A stretch of DNA of 64,000 bases, taken from the IMG/VR virus record IMGVR_UViG_3300035698_029839, positions 186,001-250,000 of that record; one strand, 5' to 3'. The notes beneath the pieces are model-generated. The model saw nothing but the letters and a program-made list of their open reading frames with translations, did not search any database and was not told where the DNA came from. The translations under genes were made by a program, and so were the position numbers. Positions 1 to 10,751 of the stretch are shown here, one piece after another. Each line of letters starts with the position of its first letter. Within the stretch, counting starts at the first letter, position 1.

Positions 1-24
1 AAGATAAATAGTTTAAAAGAAAAA

Positions 25-312
25 GTGGAAGAGTTAAAAAATATAGATTGGGAGGTAGTAGAAAAAGAAAGATTCGAAGAAGTAAAATTTAATGAAAGTC
101 TCTTTGCGAAAATGGATAATATTAAAGTAGAGAGAGACGGAATAAAAGAAGAAAATAAGAAAGTTAAAGTAGAAAATAAGAAAGTTAAAGTAGAAAATAT
201 TCTTATTCATGAGCAAAATTTAGATTTGCTTAAAACTATTAAAGATTTAAAAAGTCATTCTGATCGTTTTAAATTACTGGATCTCGGAATAGAATTGGAT
301 TACGATGAATAA
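25..312 (+). CDS. hypothetical protein, coiled-coil-like, C-terminal RFxLLDL motif
   Basis: ORF track; internal 21-bp tandem repeat encoding ENKKVKV twice; stop overlaps the next start. Confidence 0.6.
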   Translation: MEELKNIDWEVVEKERFEEVKFNESLFAKMDNIKVERDGIKEENKKVKVENKKVKVENILIHEQNLDLLKTIKDLKSHSDRFKLLDLGIELDYDE

Positions 313-1300
313 AATTGTATGTGGAAATGCTTTAGATGAATTAAAAAAGTTAGAAGATGAAAGTATTGATCTTATCATTACTTCTCCTCCCTATTGGGGA
401 CAAAGAAATTATTCGGAACATTCAGATGAGATAGGAAATGAAAAATATGTTTTTGAGTATTTAGATAATCTAGAAATTGTTTTTGCTGAATGTTTAAGAG
501 TGTGTAAAATAACAGGTAGTATTATTTTTAATATTGGAGACAAATACATAAAAGGAGATCTTCATCTTATACCATATCGTTTTGCAATCAGGATGAAAGA
601 GAAATATCACCCTCCTCTAAAACTTATAAATGAGATTACATGGGTTAAGACTAATCCAACTCCCAGACAATATGATAAAAGATTAATTAGTGCTACAGAG
701 CCATTTTTTCATTTTGTTAAAAATAAAGATTACTATTATAATAGGACTGCTTTTTTAGATTATAATCAACCTATTAAAGCTAATACTTCTCCTAAAAAGG
801 GTGAGAAATATAGAAAAATGATATATGATTCTAATTTGACTATAAAAGAAAAATTTAATGCTTTATTAAGTCTTCAAAAGACTCAACGGGAGCTTCTTCA
901 GGGCAAAATAGCAGATTTTCGTATGAAGATACGAGGTATCCATAAGAAAGCCTTTGGAGGGCAATCTGGGGGTCGTAACAGCCAAATAGACAAGCAAGGA
1001 TATACTATAATTAGGATGTATGGAAAGAAGTTAAAAAGAGATGTTATAGAGAATTCTGTGGCAAATACAAAAAATATTGATCATCCAGCGGTTTTTCCCT
1101 TGAAAGTGATTACGGAATTGGTTAAACTACTTTCTAAAGAGAATAGTGTCGTTTTAGATCCTTTTTGCGGTAGTGGACAGGTATGTTTGGCTGCTAAGTC
1201 TTTAAATAGAAGATATTTAGGTATAGATTTAAATAAAAAATACTGTGAATTAGCCATAAAAAGATTACTTGGCATAAATAAGGTAGAAAGTGTATTATGA
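305..1300 (+). CDS. DNA N4-cytosine/N6-adenine methyltransferase (beta class)
   Basis: Catalytic TSPPY near the N-terminus, HPAVFP, and SAM-binding DPFCGSG near the C-terminus. Confidence 0.93.
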   Translation: MNKIVCGNALDELKKLEDESIDLIITSPPYWGQRNYSEHSDEIGNEKYVFEYLDNLEIVFAECLRVCKITGSIIFNIGDKYIKGDLHLIPYRFAIRMKEKYHPPLKLINEITWVKTNPTPRQYDKRLISATEPFFHFVKNKDYYYNRTAFLDYNQPIKANTSPKKGEKYRKMIYDSNLTIKEKFNALLSLQKTQRELLQGKIADFRMKIRGIHKKAFGGQSGGRNSQIDKQGYTIIRMYGKKLKRDVIENSVANTKNIDHPAVFPLKVITELVKLLSKENSVVLDPFCGSGQVCLAAKSLNRRYLGIDLNKKYCELAIKRLLGINKVESVL

Positions 1301-2094
1301 TTTACATTAGAAAAAATGGTATATTTTATGAGAATGATTATAAACCTGAGACTGAAAAATATATCATGATAAAAATTGAGAGTGTTATCCCTTATTTGAA
1401 TGAAGTAATTCGTATTGATGCAGGAATTACTCTGGAGGATTTGTTTTCTATAATAGAAGAAGATGAAGATATTTTTAATGTAGTATTTGGATCTCATCTA
1501 GGACATTTTCCTCTTCGTCCATTTATTGATGAGATTAATAAAAATTGTCTACCAGAGAGTAGGGAAGAATTAGAGTTTATTGAATTATCGTGGGTGGCAG
1601 AACAATTCGATTATAAAAAATTCTATGAAAAATTCAAAGATGAAAAAAGAGATGAGAATAATATTTTTACTACACCTTCAGAGCCAGATGGTAGCGAAGT
1701 AAATGAGATCGACATTAATGTAGATGTTCACGGTTGGGGCAAATATGAGCCACAAGAGGATGAGGTATACGAGGAAGGAGAAGAACCTCCGACTCGTACA
1801 TGTTATGGTATTGATTTTATTCCCTTATACAGATTAAAACATTTATCTATTAAACTAAATAAAGATTTTATCTTAAGAGAAGACAAATACGATGGTAAGG
1901 AAAATATTGTAGTGCAGGGAGAAAAAGAATTTACAGTTTTTGAGGTATTCGGAGAGATACTTTCAGAAATAACATTTGCTGGGTTGCCAGAAGATAGGGA
2001 CGAACAATGGAGAGATGTTCTGCTCGATGTAGAAGGTTATAAAGAAAAATTAGATAACGAAGAAAATGACGAAAAAGAAACGGAGAACTCATGA
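1297..2094 (+). CDS. hypothetical acidic protein
   Basis: 265-aa ORF coupled by ATGA overlaps at both ends. Confidence 0.7.
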   Translation: MIYIRKNGIFYENDYKPETEKYIMIKIESVIPYLNEVIRIDAGITLEDLFSIIEEDEDIFNVVFGSHLGHFPLRPFIDEINKNCLPESREELEFIELSWVAEQFDYKKFYEKFKDEKRDENNIFTTPSEPDGSEVNEIDINVDVHGWGKYEPQEDEVYEEGEEPPTRTCYGIDFIPLYRLKHLSIKLNKDFILREDKYDGKENIVVQGEKEFTVFEVFGEILSEITFAGLPEDRDEQWRDVLLDVEGYKEKLDNEENDEKETENS

Positions 2095-2609
2095 GAAGAA
2101 TATTATTTATAATTATTTGTGTTTTTAGTAGTTTAACATATGGAAGTTCTGTTTCTCCAACTTTTAATGGAAGTAGATCGCCTTGGCTTAATTTAATAGG
2201 CAATGATATACCAATTTATGTAGATTCAGGGACTGAAATAGGACTGACTAATTCTAATAATGGGACCACTCCATTCGATTTTATGTTTATCGTATGTTAT
2301 GGTAATCTTTCATTCGGTATTTCTAATGTTAGTAGTTATCCCGTAACTGGAGGTGTGCTTAACATGGGTATTAATGGGTCATCTCTCTTCTTAAATGGAA
2401 TTCATAATGGTGCGGGAAGCCCGATTATGGGTATTGATATGATTGGCGATGCTTATGTCCATGTTTATGAGAAAGATATAGCTTGTGGACAACCGAGTTG
2501 TTATTACGAAGAAATTGGGTCTTTCACAGTTGGTAATCCTGTTCCAGAATTATCTTCTATTATATTATTATCCTTAGGAGTGTTTGGGATTAGAGGTTGC
2601 CGTAATTAG
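2091..2609 (+). CDS. PEP-CTERM-like exported protein
   Basis: N-terminal signal peptide; C-terminal VPELSSIILLSLGVFGIRGCRN (VPE motif, hydrophobic helix, basic tail). Confidence 0.7.
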   Translation: MRRILFIIICVFSSLTYGSSVSPTFNGSRSPWLNLIGNDIPIYVDSGTEIGLTNSNNGTTPFDFMFIVCYGNLSFGISNVSSYPVTGGVLNMGINGSSLFLNGIHNGAGSPIMGIDMIGDAYVHVYEKDIACGQPSCYYEEIGSFTVGNPVPELSSIILLSLGVFGIRGCRN

Positions 2610-2652
2610 ATTTTATAAAAAGTTTTATATAATAAAAGTGTAAGGGATAAAA

Positions 2653-3153
2653 ATGACAGATAAAAAAGAACAAAATGTAGATGAAGATTTTGGAGATAAT
2701 TTAGCTTCTCTTATAGGAGCATTAGCAAAAGAAATGAAAGATAATCCCGTAAAGATGGAATCGGAATTCGAATATCCAATGGAATTTTTAGGTATTAAAA
2801 AACATCCATTAAAAAATATTAATGATAAAAAAACAGGATCGTTAGTACAAATAAGACCTTGTGCTGATGAGTACGGAGATAAAACATATCTCGGTATTTA
2901 TATAGGAGAAATTCCTATAGAATTTAATATTGGATTATATACAAAGACTAATATGCTAGCTATTACAGATATGACTAATCCTGCTATATTTGTACCTGAT
3001 CTTAAAAAAGTTATTTTTGGTTATGAGTCATGGTGGGGAGAGATAGAATCGGAAGAGCAACTTAAAGAAATAACAGATAACGATATTGATAATATCTGGT
3101 ACGTTAAAGCTTTGAAACAATTAAATGAAGAGAATAAAGAAAAAAAGTTATGA
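2653..3153 (+). CDS. hypothetical phage protein
   Basis: 166-aa ORF with upstream AAGGG RBS. Confidence 0.7.
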   Translation: MTDKKEQNVDEDFGDNLASLIGALAKEMKDNPVKMESEFEYPMEFLGIKKHPLKNINDKKTGSLVQIRPCADEYGDKTYLGIYIGEIPIEFNIGLYTKTNMLAITDMTNPAIFVPDLKKVIFGYESWWGEIESEEQLKEITDNDIDNIWYVKALKQLNEENKEKKL

Positions 3154-3777
3154 GAATTTAAGATGGAAACTTATAGATGTCAATTTTGTGAAGAAGAAAG
3201 CCCTGTAAAAGAATGGACTAATGGTAGGAACGATTGTCCAAAATGTGGCATGAGTTATGATTGGCTATTGGCTCAAGATAGTGAAGAATAGGAGAGAGGA
3301 AAGATGGACTGGAAACAGGAGCAGAAGATAATCAAATATCTAAATAAGATTAATGATGAGATTGAAGGAGTAGGACAACATATTGATTTTATAAAAGATG
3401 TTTCTAGACATTTAAGAGATGCAAGATTTGAAATCTTACAGGTTATTGGATTATTAAAATTGCATAATGATAAAGAAAATGGTAAAGAAGAAAATGGCAA
3501 AGAGAAAACTGTACAACATAGAATTGAAGAATAGAAAAACTGATCCTGGAGATAAATTGTCTTGGTTCACTCTTATAGAAGCTATGGCCGTTAGTATAAC
3601 ATTTACAAAAGGGTATATAGCTTGTAGTCAGGGTTATTATCCTTCTCCAGATATTCGGGTAGTTGATTATTTCTCTGGGGAAATTATTGAAGAAATAAAA
3701 GGGAATAGTGAAGTAACTGTAAATAAAAATTAAATGTGCTTTTTTCGTAAGAATCACCCACCAGGAAAATACTATTT

Positions 3778-4092
3778 TTGGAGAATAAAATGAATGTAGA
3801 AATTTTAAAGCTTGTTAACGGAGATGATCTTATCTCTGATGTTAGTCGTGATGATGCAGGACATATCATTTTAGATAATCCTGCCAGGTTAGTGATGTTC
3901 CCATCAGATTCTGGAGATATGAGTCTAGCATTGCTTCCGTGGTGCCCTTATTCTGATAAAATAAATTTTACTATTAAAGAGGATCATGTTTTAACTAACA
4001 TACCTGTTCCACAAGAACTTTATGATGAATATAATGATAAGTTTGGTCCTGGTATTGTAACCCCACCTAGCCCTAGTGGTATCATAATTTAA
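3778..4092 (+). CDS. Sm-like fold phage protein
   Basis: ILKLVNGDDLI...LDNP...LLPW pattern typical of small T4-like Sm-fold proteins; true start may be ATG 3790. Confidence 0.55.
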   Translation: MENKMNVEILKLVNGDDLISDVSRDDAGHIILDNPARLVMFPSDSGDMSLALLPWCPYSDKINFTIKEDHVLTNIPVPQELYDEYNDKFGPGIVTPPSPSGIII

Positions 4093-4414
4093 GGATTAAA
4101 AGATGGAAAATAGAAAGCGAAAAGCATTACTTATTTTAGGGGTAACAGCATTTGTATCTATTATTATCTCTTTATTTCTAGGAATAATAATAGTGACTGT
4201 CTTTCCTCTTTTGGTAACTTTCTCATTAGTTTTAATAGGTATGCTGTGTAAATGGGGTATTGAATGGTGTATAAGAAATAGAGAAAGATTCAAATTTCGA
4301 GAAAGAACTAATAAGATAAAGAAAAAATTAAAAGTAGATGAAGGAATAAATGCTGTTAAAGAAAGTTATCAAATTTTGAAAGAAAAAAAATAAGATATTC
4401 AGGAGTAATAAAAT

Positions 4415-5380
4415 ATGAGTGATATCATTTCAAGTGTATGGCAGATTTGTGACCAATTTATTTATGATGGGATAAGTAATTATGTCTCTATTAATGATGA
4501 GGGAATAAGTAGGGTAGCGGTGAACATAAAAAAAGAATTAGATGATATGAAGGATCACTGGTGGGGATATCCAAAGTGTTTTAAAGAAGATTCTTATGAG
4601 CTTCCTTATAAAATGATGTATTATGAGTTACTAGCTGATTCTATAAACTATCAGTATTGGTATGGTAAGCATGATATTAGGCCTAATGGAGCTTGTGCTA
4701 CTAAAATGTATGAGATTTTGGACAATGCATTTTATTCAGTTGAAACTCGAACTAGAGAGACTGTTGATTGTACAGGAGAGAATGTATGTGAAGAAGTTAC
4801 AAAAATTTTTATTGAAGATATATCAAAGGCAAGATTCCCTAATTTGGAAAATAGAGTAAAACACATAAAAGAAGTGTCGGCTCTTATTAAAAATAAGGAT
4901 TTAGATGTTATTAAAAATAAGGATTTAGATGTTGTTAATTATATATCTGATAAGATTTGTAAAAATGAGATGAGTATAGAAGAATTTTTAGATTTCATTA
5001 TCACAAAATTACCTGGTTATGCAGAAGATATGTTTTTGAAAAGAGCTTTTCTTTTACCGATTATGTTGTATAGGAGATTGCAATGGTTTAAAGATGATAT
5101 ACATCTTGTCCCTGTTCCAGCCGATTATCAAATTCCTAAAGTGCTGGAGGAAATGGAGTGTATTAATTATAGTTATACTCTTTCTGATAAGATACAAAAT
5201 GGAGAATTAATTCCTGCTGGATCTTTAGAAGAATGTGAAATTAGGGCAGCTACTATATTAGCATGTAAAAAGTTATCAGAATTGTCAGGACAGAAAATGT
5301 GTGACATTGATACATATTTATGGTTAAAAAGAAATGAAGTTGATAAACCATTCCACCTTACTGTTACCACAAATTATTAG
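4415..5380 (+). CDS. queuosine salvage protein (DUF2419 / Qng1-like queuosine nucleotide N-glycosylase)
   Basis: FLKRAFL, PADYQIPKVL, ECEIRAAT, IDTYLW and C-terminal PFHLTVTTNY motifs. Confidence 0.85.
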   Translation: MSDIISSVWQICDQFIYDGISNYVSINDEGISRVAVNIKKELDDMKDHWWGYPKCFKEDSYELPYKMMYYELLADSINYQYWYGKHDIRPNGACATKMYEILDNAFYSVETRTRETVDCTGENVCEEVTKIFIEDISKARFPNLENRVKHIKEVSALIKNKDLDVIKNKDLDVVNYISDKICKNEMSIEEFLDFIITKLPGYAEDMFLKRAFLLPIMLYRRLQWFKDDIHLVPVPADYQIPKVLEEMECINYSYTLSDKIQNGELIPAGSLEECEIRAATILACKKLSELSGQKMCDIDTYLWLKRNEVDKPFHLTVTTNY

Positions 5381-5389
5381 GAGTAAATA

Positions 5390-5656
5390 GTGTCTGATTT
5401 ATTAGTGGGATGTAGAGTTATTATTGATGGAGAAGGCGAAGGTATTATAGTAAAATGAGACAGAGGGCCTCAAAATGATAAAATATTATGGGTTCTTTTT
5501 TCGGACGGACAATTATTTGGAAAACAAGCAGAGCATAGTTCTATAAGGATACATCCAGATGATGTTAAATTTATAGTAGCATTAAATAAAAATTATAAAC
5601 TTAGAGAAAAAATACTATCTCGAACTACAAACCGTCTTAATATTTTGGATTTATAA
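5390..5656 (+). pseudogene. 88-codon reading frame interrupted by one in-frame TGA (5456-5458)
   Basis: AGGAG RBS plus GTG start; the frame fills the whole gap, ends NRLNILDL and overlaps the next ATG. Confidence 0.65.
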
Positions 5657-6101
5657 TGAAAAACTTAAAAGAATTTAGTAAAGAATATTTCGAAGAAAAA
5701 AAGAAATATGATAAGAGAAAAAAAGTTTTAGAAGATAGACTTGAAATAGCAGAATCAAATTTAAGAAAACTTAGAAAACTAACTCCTGAGCGTATAATAA
5801 AGCCTCTTGCGAAGGCCATACAAAAAGAATTAAAAGCAAAAGCTTATTATGTGATAAATATAGATTCTATATTCTCGACTGTTACTGTGATCTGGGTATC
5901 AGAACCAGATATGAAAAAATGCAGGGAGGAACATAAGATAGCAAAACTTGAAATATTTATAGCATCATATGATGAAAAAGTATTTATAATAGAAAGAGGT
6001 GAAGATGATGAAATTTATTATAATAAGCAATGCCGAGGCAAAGGGGTGAAGTGGTTGGCTAAATATGCAAAACAAAATTCAATAGATGGCAGAAAAAAGA
6101 A

Positions 6102-6956
6102 ATGACAACTAATATATATTTACAAAGTGATTTTCAAGAATCTTATGATAAGTATCTTCATGATCCTATGGGTAAAATCAGATGGAAAAGACTTTCTCGC
6201 GGAGGAAGAAATAGAAGAGAGATATTTAAATTATTAGAAAATTATGTAGGTGCTGTGGGAGGAAGGATAGATCATGTGGTTCCTCATGGAATAGTAAGGG
6301 ATTTATATGATAGGTATCGAGATGAAAGGATAATAGATGGTAAGGTTGAACGGAATTATAGATGGAAAGAACTTGGACTTCAACATTGTTTTAGAGATTT
6401 GGTTATTTATATAGATGAAATGGCACATAGGGGAGAAGGGAAAATAGCAGAAAATGTAGAAGGGGCACTTATTGAATATCCCGATCATTATGCTTCTGTT
6501 TTACTATCTGATAATAGAAATATTTATCCAACTTCAATATCTTATAGAGATTTGTATATCGGAGATCAAATATTTAGATTAAAATATCAATCTCTTACTG
6601 ATGGATGGAGATCTAATTGTGGGTATGTTAATATAATTTATGAAAATAGATCTCATTTATATGAGAATCAATTTACTCCTGCTTTTACAAAAAAAGAAGG
6701 GATACATATAATATCTCCTATTTTTGCTTTTGATTATATCGAAGTGAATGTAGAAAGAAGTCAATATCCTGATGGTATTCCAGAAAGATTTTATGTAGAT
6801 TTTAATGAAGCTCCTGGAATACCTGAAGAAGTAGTAGTTTGTAAACTTGGTCATGAGAGATACGGAGAGTTAATTTCATTCTATGATCTTATTTCAGAAA
6901 AAGAAATTTCCGAAATAATAGAAAAAACTTTGAAAAGTGAAAAGATATTGTTATAA
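6102..6956 (+). CDS. divergent ATP-grasp (RimK-like) protein
   Basis: HRGEGK, WRSN, FAFDY and DFNEAPG in RimK-like order. Confidence 0.45.
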   Translation: MTTNIYLQSDFQESYDKYLHDPMGKIRWKRLSRGGRNRREIFKLLENYVGAVGGRIDHVVPHGIVRDLYDRYRDERIIDGKVERNYRWKELGLQHCFRDLVIYIDEMAHRGEGKIAENVEGALIEYPDHYASVLLSDNRNIYPTSISYRDLYIGDQIFRLKYQSLTDGWRSNCGYVNIIYENRSHLYENQFTPAFTKKEGIHIISPIFAFDYIEVNVERSQYPDGIPERFYVDFNEAPGIPEEVVVCKLGHERYGELISFYDLISEKEISEIIEKTLKSEKILL

Positions 6957-8563
6957 TGGGAATATGGTTAACAAAAAAACAATATACTAGGTATATTAAT
7001 TTTACTACGGATACAGGTAAGGAATTAGCAGATATGAATAATACCCCAGTTAAATCACCAGTGAGACACAATAATAATTTAAGTACGGCTATACAATCAG
7101 AAGTTGTAAGAAAAACAGAATTTTTGGATGATGAATATCCTTTCGGTGATTGTGAGGAGGCTCAGGTGGAAGGTGGAGCGGCTGAAACAATGAATTTAGA
7201 AGAAAAAAACAAGCAAATAGAAGAGAACTTAGCGAAAGTTAAATTTGCAGATCAAATTAAGATAGATTTTATACCCTCTATTGATTATAGAATATTGTGT
7301 AGATTTCTAGGTGTTACTACTGTAAATGACATAAAGAACCATCCCTTTCAGTCCCATCCACTTATTACTTTGATATTAATGGAGAGTCTTAATGGGTTTA
7401 TGGAACAAGAAGGATATGAAATGGTTGGAGAATTAAATTTTGACAATCATGGTAATTCTGTACCTCCTGATAAGAATCCATGGAACGTAAGGGGCAAAGA
7501 AACCACCTTTACTATAACTGGTTTTTTATTCTTTGAAAAAATAAAAGGAGAGAAGAAGGACAATGTCTCATTCTTTTTATTCTCAGATCTTGAAAGAGGT
7601 GGAGCTTCTATTACTTGTTATAGCACAGATACTAACAAATCTAAAGATATTGTTAATGATTTGCAAATATATTCCAAAAAGAACAATTGTTTAAGAGGAG
7701 CGAAACTTAAAGATGTAAACATGATTACTGCTTCTTTTTCTGAGGTAGATCTTAGAGCAGAAGATTCAAGACCAGAGTATACTTGGGACAATTATTACTA
7801 TTCTGATGAAATTAAAGATTTATTTCAATTAGAGGTTTTTGATTTTGTTGAAAATGTAAAAAAATATAACGAATGTAATATTTATAAAAGAGGGATCATT
7901 TTGCATGGTAGGCCAGGGTGTGGAAAAACCACAATCGGTAATATCCTCTGTAATATGACCCCTAACAATACGGTAATATGGATAACTCCTGAAATTTTAT
8001 CAGAGAACAATTATAAAGCTATGTCTTCGATAAAAGCTCTTTATAAATTAGCTGATTTTCTTTCGCCATGTATCATTATGCTTGAAGATTTAGATTTGTT
8101 TAGTCAGGACAGGGAAAGAGGTGGAGATGTTATTTCTCTTGGGGCGCTGATGAATATTCTTGATGGTGTTAATACTATTTCTAATTCTGTCACTATTGGC
8201 ACTACAAATAGATTGGGATCTATTGAAACAGCATTAAGAAATAGACCTGGCCGATTTGATAGAATAATAGAGATAGAATCTCTTTCAAAAGATCTTAGGA
8301 CCAAGATGTTTAAAGAAAGATTAAAAGAATGGAAAGTTTCTAAAAACACTTTAGATTATGTTGCTGATAAAACCGACGAATGGACAGGTGCAGAAGTACA
8401 AGAGTTTATTAATAGTCTTAATCTCAAACACATTAGTAGTAAAAGAAAAATCAAAAAGATGAGTCAGTCATGGGCAGAAGAGATTATAGGCACTTTGAGT
8501 AATTTCGGTGTCGGAGGATCTAGTTCTGGTTTCGGCTTCGGTGGAAAAATTAAAAATGATTGA
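6956..8563 (+). CDS. AAA+ ATPase
   Basis: Walker A GRPGCGKT, Walker B IIMLEDLD, sensor TTN, second region of homology ALRNRPGRFDR. Confidence 0.93.
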   Translation: MGIWLTKKQYTRYINFTTDTGKELADMNNTPVKSPVRHNNNLSTAIQSEVVRKTEFLDDEYPFGDCEEAQVEGGAAETMNLEEKNKQIEENLAKVKFADQIKIDFIPSIDYRILCRFLGVTTVNDIKNHPFQSHPLITLILMESLNGFMEQEGYEMVGELNFDNHGNSVPPDKNPWNVRGKETTFTITGFLFFEKIKGEKKDNVSFFLFSDLERGGASITCYSTDTNKSKDIVNDLQIYSKKNNCLRGAKLKDVNMITASFSEVDLRAEDSRPEYTWDNYYYSDEIKDLFQLEVFDFVENVKKYNECNIYKRGIILHGRPGCGKTTIGNILCNMTPNNTVIWITPEILSENNYKAMSSIKALYKLADFLSPCIIMLEDLDLFSQDRERGGDVISLGALMNILDGVNTISNSVTIGTTNRLGSIETALRNRPGRFDRIIEIESLSKDLRTKMFKERLKEWKVSKNTLDYVADKTDEWTGAEVQEFINSLNLKHISSKRKIKKMSQSWAEEIIGTLSNFGVGGSSSGFGFGGKIKND

Positions 8564-8741
8564 ATACGTTAGTACACCTGATAATTGTCCATTTCGAAGA
8601 ATAGATTTTGATGGTTTTCCAGATGGCTGTAAATTTGATGAAACAGAATGTTTAGATGATGATTTCCCTGAAGATTGTCCTTTAAGAAATGAAGATATTA
8701 TAGTTAAAAAAGATTAAGACAACTGCCGAGTCCGCAACGGT

Positions 8742-8791
8742 TCCCAGCTTCCTCTTGTAAAATAGTTTTCTGTAGGAAGCTGGGATTTTTT
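8742..8791 (+). terminator. intrinsic terminator
   Basis: Perfect 12-bp stem TCCCAGCTTCCT/AGGAAGCTGGGA followed by T6. Confidence 0.8.
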
Positions 8792-8920
8792 AAAAAGATT
8801 AAAGTTCAAAAGTGATTGTGACGATAAGAAAACAGAGAGTTATCTTTTAATTCTTTAACTTCTTATTATATATGGAGTTATAGCTTTTTTCAAAAAATAA
8901 TAAAAAATGTTATTTTCTAT

Positions 8921-8948
8921 TTGACTTAAAAGTAGAAAGTAGTATAAT
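8921..8948 (+). promoter_or_regulatory. sigma70-type promoter of the Ro60 gene
   Basis: TTGACT-N16-TATAAT; AAGGAG RBS before ATG 9013. Confidence 0.75.
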
Positions 8949-9012
8949 TGCCAAAGTAGAAATTAGTATATCTAAAATAGTTAATTAGGTTGATTTTTAA
9001 AGGAGAAATAAA

Positions 9013-10740
9013 ATGGCTAAGTATGCAAATCATGTAGCAAATCCAAAGACTCCTCAAAATGAGAGAGCAAAGAGCACCCAAGTAAAAGGTAAGGCAGGTG
9101 GTTTTGTCTTTAAAGTTGATGACTGGACAAGACTTAATCGTTTCTTAATCATTGGTAGTGAAAATGGTTCTTACTACGCTTCAGAGCGTAAGTCAACTAT
9201 GGAAAACTATAATTGCATTTTGAGATGTTTGAAACTTGATGCCAAGAAAACTGTGGATACTATTGTAGAGATTAGTGATAAGGGTCGTGCGGTAAAGAAC
9301 GATCCTGCTATTTTTGCTCTGGCAGTATGTAGTGTTCACGGAGATGAAAAGACTAAGGCACATGCTAATAGTGTTATGCCTAAAGTTGCTCGTTTCTCTA
9401 CTGCTTTTTTTACGTGGATTGATGCGGTCAATACATTGAAGGAAGGTCGTAAGGGTAAGGGTCTGTTGAGGGCTATAGGAAGATGGTACACAGAGAAAGA
9501 CCCTGTAAGGCTAGCTTATCAAATTTGCAAATATCCAGGTCGTTCAGTAGGTGGTCAAAGATGGACTCATGCTGATGCTCTTCGTATGGCAAGAATTTCT
9601 CCATCTAGGGACGGCAAGCCTTCTAAAAATGGTAAGGCTTTAACTATTCCTACTGATGATCATGCAGTTGTATTCCATTATGCAACACATGGGATTACAA
9701 CTGCTAAAGTTTTGAAGGCAAGGCAGGCAGAGGAAAAAGTTACTGGCAAGAAACAAGAAGCTCCTGGTATCTCGGAAGAGCAGTATGAAGCTTTGAAAGA
9801 TAGTAAGCTTAAGTATATCTGGGCACATGAGCAATGTAAGATTGCTATGAAGAACAGTGAAGTAGTTTCTTTGATTAGTGATTACAATCTTACTAGAGAG
9901 TCTATTCCTCCTCAATTCAGAAATGAATTAGAGATACAGAAAGCATTATTGCCAGGTATGCCAATGACAGCATTGATTCGTAACTTGGGTAGTATGACCT
10001 CTTCGGGTCTTCTAAAACCTTTGAGTGATGAGACTTCAGCAGTAATTGATAAAATTACAAATGATGAAATTCTGAAGAGGAGTCGTATTCATCCTATGAC
10101 AATTATGCTAGCCCTTAAAACTTATAGTAGCGGTGCTGGTATGAGGACTACATGGAAACCAGTATCATCAATTAAAGATGCTATGGAAGATGCTTTTTAC
10201 AAAGCTTTTAACTATGTTGAGCCAACTGGAAAGAAATTTTTGTTTGGTGTTGATGTTAGTGGTTCTATGGGTTGGGGTGATACTGCTGTTATGAGTCCTC
10301 GTGAGGCAGCGGCAGTGGTGGCTATGACGTGTGCTAGAACAGAGAAGAACTATGATATAATGGGTTTTTCTCACACATTCTCTAAGCTTAATATCACTGC
10401 TAAGGATAGTTTAGATACTGTAATTAGAAGGACTTCTAATTTAAACTTTGGTGGAACTGATTGCGCACTTCCTATGATGTATGCAATTAAAAATGAATTG
10501 GATGTAGATGTATTTGTTGTCTTAACAGACAATGAAACTTGGTGTGGTGGTATTCATCCATTTGAAGCATTGAAACAGTATCGTAAGAAATTTAATAAAA
10601 ATGCAAAGCTTGCAGTGTTGGCTTTTGATAGTAATGAATTTACTATTGCTGATCCAAGTGATGCAGGTATGATGGATATCGCTGGTTTGGATTCTAACGT
10701 ACCTAAAGTGTTAGCAGAATTTGCAGCAGGTAGACTTTAA
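9013..10740 (+). CDS. rsr: Ro60/TROVE-domain RNA-binding protein (Rsr-like) with C-terminal vWA domain
   Basis: AGGFVF...RLNRFLIIGS...YY, MPMTALIRNLG, RIHP, MIDAS DVSGSM, GGTDCALPM, TDNETW, IADPSDAGMMDIAGLD. Confidence 0.95.
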   Translation: MAKYANHVANPKTPQNERAKSTQVKGKAGGFVFKVDDWTRLNRFLIIGSENGSYYASERKSTMENYNCILRCLKLDAKKTVDTIVEISDKGRAVKNDPAIFALAVCSVHGDEKTKAHANSVMPKVARFSTAFFTWIDAVNTLKEGRKGKGLLRAIGRWYTEKDPVRLAYQICKYPGRSVGGQRWTHADALRMARISPSRDGKPSKNGKALTIPTDDHAVVFHYATHGITTAKVLKARQAEEKVTGKKQEAPGISEEQYEALKDSKLKYIWAHEQCKIAMKNSEVVSLISDYNLTRESIPPQFRNELEIQKALLPGMPMTALIRNLGSMTSSGLLKPLSDETSAVIDKITNDEILKRSRIHPMTIMLALKTYSSGAGMRTTWKPVSSIKDAMEDAFYKAFNYVEPTGKKFLFGVDVSGSMGWGDTAVMSPREAAAVVAMTCARTEKNYDIMGFSHTFSKLNITAKDSLDTVIRRTSNLNFGGTDCALPMMYAIKNELDVDVFVVLTDNETWCGGIHPFEALKQYRKKFNKNAKLAVLAFDSNEFTIADPSDAGMMDIAGLDSNVPKVLAEFAAGRL

Positions 10741-10751
10741 TCTTAAAACAT

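Noticed and set aside
8718-8760. Y RNA directly upstream of the Ro60 gene (TGCCGAGT...GGTT)
   Set aside because: No 3' partner strand closes a Y-type stem; the region is explained by the terminator hairpin.
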